From: Paraspadella gotoi
Lineage: Eukaryota; Animalia; Chaetognatha
Direction of reading: 5' to 3'
NCBI GenBank assembly: GCA_051294375.1
Contig: JBJCIZ010001328.1
Coordinates: forward strand, 1-17,145
Length of the DNA: 17,145 nt
Every line of letters begins with the position of its first letter. Position 1 is the stretch's first letter. The notes beneath the pieces were generated by a model that saw nothing but the letters and a program-made list of their open reading frames with translations, was not told the DNA's origin and made no database searches. Of the stretch, positions 7,205 through 17,145 are shown in pieces. Both the position numbers and the translations under genes were made by a program.

Positions 7205-8273
7205 TACAACCATTCGGGCCGAGGGCTTATCCTTTGAATGATCAGTCTCTTGCTTTTCCTGTCCCTAGGCCCATCCAACGTTGCCCTTTACCCCAGTCCC
7301 AGTTCTTGCCCCGTGATTCGCCTATCTCGCGCTCTTCGTCGATCGCGACTCCGCGGTCAGAGAGAGAGAGAGATAGAGAGAGGGAGAGAGAGATAGGGAA
7401 CGTGGCAGAGGGGGAGGCGGATCCTGGTATCCACTGACGGTATCATTGACCCAAATATTATTAACTTAAATTACAAAATAAGTTCACAGTGAGGCAGAAG
7501 AGATAAGGTGTCAGTATCCCTTTGCGCCAAAATCAATCAAAAATATATTTGATATTGATTTTGAGTCTCCAGTAAATTAAATTAAATTGAATTAAATTAT
7601 TGACACTGGGTAAAATTAACTTATCATGTTATCAACTATTACTATACCAAACATTATCGTTATGTCACAATGATTGGGCTAATGATAAGAGATAATATAA
7701 AAATGGTAAATAAAACAAGTGCTGAAGCCAATTAATATGAACTTTGGTGCCATTTAAGGCCTTGGGTAAAGTTTAAGTCTTCAGGATGATAACCAAAGCT
7801 CAAAAAAAGATTTACTGCTTTACTGCCTCATATTGTAATGCGGCAACAGTATTTAAGTAATGAATAAGATTTTTATTTGAAATCATTAGACTTTTTAACC
7901 TTAGCCTGTTCAGATGTCAGACTTTTTATGAGCTCAATGTATTGCGTCTTAAAACAGACTTCCCCCAGGTCCTAAAACCCAAGTTTGGAAGCTTTCCAAA
8001 AAACCATAGTTAAGTTGTGAACTAAAATTTGTAAAGACTTTTCACAAAGATATACGCACTTTCCCCCTTCTTGGAGAGGCCGTAAAAGCTCGGAATGCAG
8101 TGTACGACGAGATTACGACGAGTGTACGTCAAGAATAAAACTTCTCTGCGTTTAGTTTATATTTTATATAAATTTCATTGATATCCTTCAAACGGTTCAG
8201 GAGATAAGTGTTTATTTGTAAAATAATAATTTTTGCTTTCGAACCCTGTAAAGTTAAACAGAAATTGGGTTAC

Positions 8274-8424
8274 ATTTGAACTGAGAGTGCAGACCACAAA
8301 ATCAGCATCAGCCAAGAAGTAAATGTCTCGTATGACTCCCAATAGCGATTCTGGAGTGTATCTGGAATGCTTTGCCTGATTTGTATTGTTCTTGTCAAAA
8401 ACGAAGATGTAGTTCTTTGAAAAA
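8274..8424 (-). CDS. FUT8: Internal exon of alpha-(1,6)-fucosyltransferase-like gene (catalytic domain)
   Basis: ttttAG acceptor (8426-8425) and GTAACC donor (8273); 151 nt. FSKNYIFVFDKNNTNQAKHSRYTPESLLGVIRDIYFLADADFVVCTLSSN parallels FUT8 [30 protein letters not shown]. Splices in frame to 6779. Confidence 0.92.
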
Positions 8425-8870
8425 CTAAAATTAAAGAAAAGTTTAAGCTAAATAATTGTTTTTTTGTTAAGCTTGTTTGTGTAATATTATTGAGGTTAGC
8501 GTGAATAAGAATTAAAAAAAAATTTAATTTTTTTTATAAGAAATAGTTTTTCCTTATGGGACGACTGTGCTAGAAGCAAGAACAATTTTCCCAGATATTT
8601 CGTCATATAATTTTATGACATCAGTGGTTAAAAGATACCCCGTGATCCAAATCCGATAATAAGAAAGAAACCAGAGTCGAGATAGACGTCCGTGGGTCCG
8701 CCACCTCAATCTTGTGGGGAATTCACTTATGGTTCCATGTACAAACGTTGAATTTAGGAAAAAAACGACGCTTTCCAATATTGTTCAGTTGTTACTTACA
8801 ATGTTGATTAACTTTGTACCACGACACAAATTGGGCCTCACGAGGCATTGGTTAGAAACATCTCCACCCA

Positions 8871-9803
8871 TTTTTAGTCGGAACTGCTTATCAGCAGATC
8901 CCGACTCTATAATTCACTTTGTCGGTCCGTCGGTCCGCCCCCTCAATATTGTCGGGCACTAACTTATATCATGTCAGAACATGGAATTTTGATTTTCAAA
9001 TAATTAATCAGTTAATTATTTAATTAGTCAATTAATTAATCAATAATTAATTAATCAGTCAATCAATCCGTCCATCCGTCCCACCTTAGCAAAAAGCTCC
9101 GATAACTCGTGATTGGCTGGTTGGATTAGAATGAAATTTTGTGTGTGGGTAGGAAAGTGTGTGATAAAGCTGGATATAAAATTTCGTGTGAGTGGAATTG
9201 AGTTTAAATTGAAAAAACATAAGTCGCATTTACTAAAATCTTTTTACTTATTTAAACTAATAAATACTCTAATTAATCATAATTGAATGGATAGATTGAG
9301 TTCAAATTTTGAGTGTGGGTAGAAAAATGTGTGACGAAGGTTGATATAAAGTTTCGGTGGAAACGTATGAGTGGAAATGAGTTTAAATGAATTTGAATTT
9401 GAATGAAATTTTGTGTGTGGATAGGAAAGTGTGTGATGAAGAAGGCCTTGATATAAAGTTTCGTTACGAGTGGAAATGAGTTTAAATGAAAAAATTATGA
9501 GTCACATTTACTTGAATCTTTTTACTTATTTTAACCCATAATAGATTGAGATAAAATTGTGCGCGGGTAGGAAAGTGTGTGAAGAAGCTAGATATAAAGT
9601 TTGACGGAATTGTGCCAGTGGGAATGAGTTTAAATGGAAAAAAACATGAGTCATATTTACTTGAATCTTTATTATTATGATTACTAATAAATGTCTTAAT
9701 TAATTAATTAATGTGAAAAGATTGCAATTTAAAAAAATTATGCTAGTTGAAAAAATGATGCAAGTTAAAACAATTCTTAAAAGCATAAGGATCGTCGCAA
9801 TTA

Positions 9804-9850
<47 letters not shown>

Positions 9851-9900
9851 GAGAGAGAGAGAGAGAGACAAGAGGAGAGAGATAAAACGAAATGAAAACA
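8871..9900 (+). mobile_element. Helentron/HINE-like element, 5' end plus four internal core units (3' limit uncertain)
   Basis: 5' hairpin agtcgg..ctgct-tatc-agcag..ccgact (8876-8906). ~8891-8985 is nearly identical to ~1299-1393. Core unit recurs at ~9130, 9300, 9403 and 9550. (GA)n at 9807-9868. Confidence 0.75.
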
Positions 9901-9964
9901 CGATGTTGCAAGTTAAAAAATCTTAAAGAATGGATCGAGCCTCCCTTCAATGTTACAGCCACAA

Positions 9965-10190
9965 TATATGATGCGATGATAACCAAAGAAGATTGATGCG
10001 GCAGAATGATACCAATATTGATGCGATGCATAACCAATAATTGATGCGATGAAAACCAATGATTGATGTGATGAAAACCAAATGATTGATGTGATAATAA
10101 CTAAATGATTGATGCGATGTAAGTCATTCTCTGATGTGATGATAATTCATTCATTGATACGATGATAGTCATTCATTGACGCAAAGAATC
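9965..10190 (+). repeat. Degenerate ~21-bp tandem repeat (gattgatgcgatgataaccaa)
   Basis: About 10 recurrences of ttgatgcgatg/ttgatgtgat at ~21-bp spacing. Confidence 0.8.
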
Positions 10191-10261
10191 ATTCATCAGA
10201 AAGAGACAGACACACAAAATTTTTTTTTTTTTTTTTTAAAGAAACGTTAGTTTTTTTTTTT

Positions 10262-10485
10262 AATGAAATGACATAATGGTTGACCAATTTCTAAATGACG
10301 TTAAATTACGTAAATGACATTATGATGTAATGACTAAAGAATTAAACATGACTTAACATTACCCAGACAATAAGCATTGGACATTAGACTTAAAACGATA
10401 TAAAATGACGTATAAAAAAAAGTAATGACATAATGATGTATTGACTAAATGCGACTAAACGTGACTAAAATGACATATGACTAAA
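10262..10485 (+). repeat. Low-complexity (aatgac/tgactaa)-type repeat
   Basis: Repeated aatgacataatg, aaatgacgt and tgactaaa motifs. Confidence 0.6.
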
Positions 10486-12280
10486 AAATCAAGGTTAAAG
10501 TTAAATTAAAAAGAAAAAAATAATCAGAATTTTTCAAAAAACGCGACGATCATGCAAAGAGATCGTACAAAGAGAGACACACACACACAGAGAGACAAGA
10601 GAAGACGGAGAGAGAGAGAGAGACAGAGCCTGAATTTCGTTTTAAACGATTCAGAAAAGGCTGCCGCCTGATAAAATTTTTTTTTTTTTTTTTTTATTAA
10701 TACCAAAAACAGTATTGACAAAATCAAAAACAGTATCAGTGCTTAAAAAAACTAAAAGCAGTAAACAAGTAAACTAAACTATTAAAATTCAACAGAAAAA
10801 AAAAAAGACACTAACGTTTAAATTGACTCATAAATAAAATTTATGAACTAATTCATAAGAACTATAAAATATAACGTTCAAGAACTGTCAAAATTCAAAT
10901 TTTTAAAACAAAAAAACATCAAAAAACAAAAGACACAAACGTTTTAAATGGACTCAAGACAAAAACAAAACCAAAACACAAAAATTATAAGCATAAACGA
11001 AAAACAACGTTAATAAAAAGTAAAAACAAAACAAAAATTATGAAAGAAACAAAAGAAAAAATATAAAGCATAAATGAAATATACCTAAAATGTATAATAT
11101 AAATGGTGTAAAGAGTAAAGGGCAAAACTAAGGATTTTTTTTAAATAATTTTTATAATCGTAAAACCGGAAAAAGTAAAAAAGTGTTTTAAAGTAAAAAA
11201 CAAAAAATGTCTAGTTATTAAAAAGTGTTTAATGCGTAAAAATGTAAACGAAAAACGTAAAACGTCATGTTTTATTTTTATAAAACGTCATTATAAGTAT
11301 TTTATGCTTAGTGTATAACATATACCCAAAAAATTTATAATTACAATGAGTTAATATTAATGAACTAGAATTTGAAGATGTCGAATAGAGAAAATGATAA
11401 ACCAAGCACAGAATCTGAATATACTATAACGTGTGAAAGAGAAATAGACTGGTAAAGGCAAAAATGTTACAACTGTTTACAATTGGGAAATTGTTACAAA
11501 TTTTTCCTATCATAGCTTGTAAAAGATTTTAGTTTTATAGTATTACAATTTAAAAGATATATTAGCTTCCCTCATTAAAAGGTTTTGATTTCACACGTTT
11601 TTCCTGGACGTATTTTTCAAAGTTTTTTTAAGAATTCATCTTCAATATTATTTACTGCAATATGTAAATTAAATTAAACGCTTATTCTATATACTAATTT
11701 GATAGTTATAATGATGTCACGAATATATATCTCATTTGGCATAATTGCAGTAAATCATAATGAAGTGGAATTCCAACAAACAAGTTGAGCAAACAAATGT
11801 TCGGATCTGCCTAACGATAAATTAATTATATAATTAATTAATTAATTAGTAATCGTTGAATTATTATTAATTAGCATTAATATTTAAAATATTAATAATT
11901 AATTTTAATTTATATTTACCTTAATCATCATCGATGTCCTTAAAATGGGTTTGGACAGTTTATTAAATATGTTTTTGTTTACATTTTATCAAAACAAACA
12001 AATATCCTCTATTTATTTTATGTCTCCTTCTCTCTCTCACTCTCTCTCTCTCTCGTCTTTTTAATGCAATTGCGACGAATCTTATGCTTTTAAAGATTTT
12101 TTCAACTTGCATCATTTTTTCACATTAATTAATTAATTAATTGAAACATTATTAGAATCATTAATATTAAGATTACAAGTAAATTGTGACTTATGTCTTT
12201 TCCATCTACAACTCACATATCACTTGGCACAATTCCGTCAAAACGTTTATACTAATTTATTATATATTAATAATATATTA

Positions 12281-13028
12281 AAAGCTTCCGGTGCCAACAA
12301 CCCAATGAACTATTCAAAAAGTTACTTAAAAATCGGATTTAATAGTAAAAGGAAAAAAATTTTTAAAGAGAACTAGAAGTTATAAAAAAGTGTTCAATTT
12401 GGCCCGCCTTACTAGATATTAGGCGCGGAACAGGTTAAAACTAGAAGTTTCTTTTCAAATAATAATGGTTAAAGCGACTATAAATAATATGAAAAATGAA
12501 AATAATTTTTAAAATTTTGCTTATTCAATTTTTATTATAGATTCTGAATAGGCTTTTAAAAGTTAGGATAAAGTTATTAGTACAACTTTTGTTATAATCC
12601 CATTTGTATTGTGTTTATACGTAGATGTGCAAAAAATTAAAATAAAATAAAAATTCAGTCCCTCGAATAATGATGATGAATGATTCGATTTTTATAAGGT
12701 TTCTATTTTTAACAAGATTTTGTCAAAGATTTGAAAAAGATTATGCGCAGCGAGTACTAGACTTCCATTTGCATTCTCTTTAAGCTCTACCAGAACCTGG
12801 CGTTCTTCTAAAAAATTAAATTTTTAAATTTTTTTATGTAGTTTGTGGTGAATAGTTAATAAATACTTTAAAAGCCTTCAAGCTCCGGCAACAACCCAAT
12901 GAACTATTTCAAAAGTTACCATTGAAAATCGCATTAGTAGTAGTAGAAGGAGAAAAAAGAAATTTTTTTGGGGAATTAGAAGTCTATAAAAAGTGTTCAA
13001 TTTTGGCGCCGCGCTTCACTAGGATATG
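12281..13028 (+). repeat. Dispersed direct duplication of ~145 bp (12281-12420 and 12871-13028), unclassified
   Basis: caacaacccaatgaactatt.caaaagtta...tagaagt.ataaaaagtgttcaattt.ggc.ccgc..tact.ag occurs twice. Confidence 0.75.
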
Positions 13029-13199
13029 GATGCATGTGATTAATGACAATGGGTTATCGGAATAATAAAATTTTATAAGAGGAATTGTTATGCGTATATG
13101 GTTGTAAGTAATTTTATAAAGTATTTTTAGTATTGTTTATTTCGTAAGAAGAGATAAAATCTACCAACTTTTTATTGATTCGCTAATTTTTCATCTCGG

Positions 13200-13420
13200 T
13201 ACTCTGTCTCTTCTCTCTCTCTCTCTCTCTTTACTCTCTCTCTCTTGCAATTGCAACGATCCTTATAGTCTTTTTCTGCTTTCTCTCTCTCTCTCTTACT
13301 TTCTGCTTTGTAATTGCGACGTCCTTATGCTATTTTTCTGCTCTCTTTCTCTCTCTCTCTCTCTCTCGTCTCTCTCTCTCTACTTTTTCTCTTTGCAATT
13401 GCGACGATCCTTATGCTTTT
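13200..13420 (+). repeat. Three tandem units of (CT)n plus gcaattgcgacgatccttatgc
   Basis: Motif at ~13247, ~13310 and ~13395; reverse complement of 9782-9805 plus (GA)n. Confidence 0.75.
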
Positions 13421-14402
13421 AGGATTTTTTTAACTGCATCATTTTTTCTATATTAATTAATTAATTAATTAAACATTCATTAGTAATCATAAATTATGTA
13501 ATCATAAATAATAATTAAATAAAGATTAAGTAAATGTGACTTATGTGTTTTCCATTAAACTCATTGTACCTGGCACAATTCCGTCCAAACTTTATAATCT
13601 AGCTTCTTCAACACTTTCCTACCCGCTCACACAATTTCATCTCAATCTATTATGGCGCGTTAAATAAGTAAACAAGATTCAAGTAAATAGTGATCATATT
13701 TTCATTATAAATCTTCTCCACTCAGTACGTGGTTTCCACCGAAACTTTAAAGTATCAAGCATGCGTTACACATTTTTCTACCCCAGCACAAAATAATTTG
13801 AAACTCAACTCAGGTATCATACCAATTTATGATTAATGTAGCAGTACTTATTAGTTAAAAATAATAAAATATTTTAGTAAATGCCGACTTATGTTTTTTC
13901 CACTTAAACTCATTTCCACTCACGACGATTCCTGTGCGAACTACTTTATAGTGTCCATAGCCATTGAATATCACACAGTTCCTAGCCACACAAAAAATTT
14001 AAATTCCAATCCAACGCCCAATCCACGAGTTATTGGAGCTTTGTGCGTAAGAGTGGGGGCGTGATGGACGGATTGAGTTGGACTGATTAATTAATTATTG
14101 ATTAATTGATTTATTTATTGATAATTAATTGACTAATTTATTAGTGTAACTGATTAATTATTTGGTTATTAATAATCCTGCATATAATTTAATATAAAAG
14201 GAAAAAGAATCATAATCAATTATTTGATGAATACAGGGTTTTTTTGTTAATTTACATATTATAAACTCATTTCCACCAAAGATTTCCCATCGAAACTTGG
14301 TTTCCTGTTCAATCACACGACTTCTTCATCACATACCAAAAATTCTCAGGTCAAGTCGATAAGGTGAGTAGTGGTACTGAAGGTTACATTGTTCATACGG
14401 GT

Positions 14403-14795
14403 TGCCATAATTTAATTAACTTTGCATTAATTTGGTTAACGTGACCATGATTTTTGGTTAGAACTGACCCATAATTTGTCTACTGACAATAATTTGGTCT
14501 ACTGAATAATTTAGGTCAACTGCACATAATTTGTATCAACTGAATAATTTGATCAACTCTACTAGATAATTTGGTCACATAAGTCACCGTGCATAATTAT
14601 TTATCAACTGGCTTCTTCTCTAATCTTATTTGGTTCAACTGGTCCGCTAATGTTGGTCAACAGGCATAATTGGCTAACTTGCAGAACTTGGATGGAACCT
14701 TGCAGAATTTGAGTCAACGGGCAACCATTTGCGTCAACTTAAGAAGTTGTGTCAAACTTGGCATATTTTTGTCAATTGCAATAATTTGGATCAAT
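14403..14795 (+). repeat. Noisy ~18-bp tandem repeat (gcataatttggtcaact)
   Basis: Roughly 20 degenerate recurrences of cataatttg.tcaactg. Confidence 0.75.
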
Positions 14796-17145
14796 CGAAT
14801 TCTAGATCAAAGAGAGGATAGTAGTGAGAGAAAACTTTTAAAAATTCAAAATACAATGTGGTATTTTGGTTTTCCGAGTTTGAACTCGTCTTCCGATCCG
14901 ACGATATCCATCAAAAAAATATTATCCGCTGTTATCACATACTTTCCTACCCACACACAAAGATTACAATTTCGATTTACTATTCCAATTTTAATAAACA
15001 TGAATAATTATGAGTAAATTTAAGTAAAATACTTCAAGTAAATAGTGACTATTTTGGATTTTTCTTTGACGCATAAATATTAAGATCATTTCCACTGCGC
15101 ACGATCCATCGAAGACATTATATCCAGGGCTCAATCACACACTTTCCTACCAGCATACAAAGTTTTCAAGTCAATTGCCCTATCCAATCATGGCCCAATT
15201 GTTCGCGTTCAAATGAGTGACTAATATTTTTTTGGTTTTTTTCCATTTAAAGCCAATTTCACTCGCACCGATCCCGGAAATCCGTCTTCATATCCATCTT
15301 CAATCTACGACCGAATTTTACCGTACTCCACACCAAATAGGATTTCTTCCCGAAAAAGATGTGAAGGCACTGAACAACCACATCCATCACATCTACCAGG
15401 ATCATCGACGCGAGTAATGCCGGAGGTGTTATTCTTAGGCTAAGGAGTGGGAAGCGAAAATCCGGTAACTAACCACGCGACAGACGTTATAGGGAACCCA
15501 AAGAATTTTCGTAATGTACTGTTGTTGAATTTTTCTTTTTTTTGTTAGCGACGGCGAACGCGAAACATCTTGTTTTTTTTGCATAATCTATCATAAGATG
15601 TCCTGCAGTGATTTCTGGAGCACGATAATGGATAAAGGGTGCGGGAGAAAGATGTAAGCCACGACGATAGTAGGAGTAGTCGTGACACGACCGGATAAGG
15701 TCCAGACAAATATTGTTGTAAAAGTACGATGATATAGAGATCACGAGGAACTCCTGAAGTGACCAAGATCATAGCTCAGAACCGAAATGACGGCACGTTT
15801 GAAGTAATATCCACAGACAGGTTAGATGAATGAAAATTTAAAAGCCTATTACAATGATGATGAGAATATAAGTATTACCCTATAAATATAAATGTTTTAA
15901 GTAGGTAAAACAAATTAACAATAATATTATTAATCCGGCAAGTACAATATAAAACTTTCTAATGAATATACAAATGTTTGAAGTCTGTTTATCAAGATGG
16001 AAATATATACTATAATGGAGGCTAAACTCCAAAAATAGGTCATCCGGTGACGCTACAATAACTTAAATTAATAAGAAATTCAGTTACTTAAAGTACTTCT
16101 ATATAAGTCTATTCATAAGTCCTCTAGAGTTCTGGTATCCACTGTAATAGCATTTACGTTTTTATTTCATTAAGTTAGATAATAAAGGATGATAAATAAT
16201 AATAATTATTGAATTTCTCAGCCTTGTCATCATGCTCGAAGTTCCTTAAAAATTTGAATCCAGTCAGGACAGTTAGTTTTTAAGGATGCATTATATTCGT
16301 TACCTATTTTATGTAGTAATCTCAAATAAGTAATATATCAAATTATCTTTATATCCTCTATATCTTTCTCTTATATTTGTATAAAGGATGTGAATAAAGA
16401 ATAGCGGACTTTCCGTTATGCTTTTAAGATTTTTTTGAACCTACGAGCATCATTTTTCGCAATTGGCATCCATGTTTTCAACTTGCTATCCGGTCCAAAA
16501 CCCTTGTATATCTAGCTTCTTCACTCTATTCCCCCTTGGAACGATTCCATCGAAACTTCATCAAGTCACAGCCTCCAATCACCATACGAGCGGTGTAAAA
16601 TAGATATCGAACGATTATCAAACAAAATCACACCAAAAATTTCAATTATCAAAATCCAATCTCTCCATCCCATATTCCACGAGTAATTTGTGTATGTTTT
16701 GCTAACAGGGGAAAAGACCGGAAGACCGACGAGAACGGGTTACCGGGGTGTCCAGCATTATTCGATTTACCCCTATTGATATAAATTAGCATTTCAATAT
16801 TAAAGATAATTAAAGTAATATTTTCAATGAATAAGATCTGAAGAGTTATTATCATGATAACGAAGACAATGGACCTACAAGATCCAGGACAGACATGTAC
16901 TAGACAGGCTTCTGTGTTAACTGGACAATAACTGTTTTTTTAGAATGGAATGAATCCATAATCTCGGAACTGGTGTTAACGTGCTGCCACCATGAAATAG
17001 TGAACGGGTTGCAGTAGTTCCACCTTCGGTCGTATATATGTGTGAACCAAAAATAGGAGGACGGGAAAGCGAACCTACGGACCCGACAAAGTCGACGTTA
17101 TAAAGAGTACGGGATCTGCTGATAAGCCAGATCCCGACTAAACAA

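Larger units (their letters stand above)
11779..17142 (-). mobile_element. Cluster or long interrupted copy of the same Helentron/HINE-like family on the minus strand
   Basis: 3' end aacaagttgagcaaacaaatgttcggatctgcc at 11779. ~13400-14165 is the reverse complement of ~8996-9800. Further core units at ~14270, 14900, 15090, 15240 and 16540. 5' hairpin gagt.cgggatctgctgataagc.agatcccgactaaa at 17105-17142. Heavily degraded. Confidence 0.6.

Noticed and set aside
7485-7835. CACAGTG-starting Transib-like MITE (cacagtgaggcag ... ctgcctca)
   Set aside because: Only ~8 bp of inverted match, with no terminal CACTGTG or TSD.
8554-8778. ORF with YLLTTDV as the upstream FUT8 YLATDD exon
   Set aside because: Similarity is weak and I found no suitably placed phase-2 GT donor.
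9713-10727. ORFs with ERER/SLSL runs
   Set aside because: These are translations of (GA)n microsatellites.
14670-16855. ORFs in the right-hand region, including the 115-aa ORF at 14670
   Set aside because: They overlap degenerate tandem repeats and HINE core units in error-rich sequence and show no protein motifs.

Overview
AT-rich eukaryotic (animal-like) genomic DNA dominated by nested transposable elements, with a 10-N scaffold gap at 6459-6468. Sequence quality looks noisy and indel-rich after about 11.7 kb. Host gene: two minus-strand spliced exons (8274-8424, 6618-6779) of a divergent FUT8-like alpha-1,6-fucosyltransferase. Left part: a complete ~630-bp miniature LTR retroelement (TRIM, 494-1125) laid out as LTR, tRNA-Trp-like PBS, short internal repeat, PPT, LTR, with an ATAG target-site duplication. 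Each LTR embeds a 72-nt tRNA-Gly-like cloverleaf. The TRIM sits inside a decayed hAT transposon (358-3871; BED finger, intron, dimerization domain, 13 x 31-bp expansion), which itself splits a solo LTR of the same TRIM family. Helentron/HINE (DINE-1-like) non-autonomous elements occur at 1283-2360, 8871-~9900 and 11779-17142. A ~495-bp inverted repeat (4088-5333) carries a Penelope-type minimal hammerhead ribozyme near the outer end of each arm. Most ORFs in the supplied track are spurious. All calls are by eye; no searches were run.
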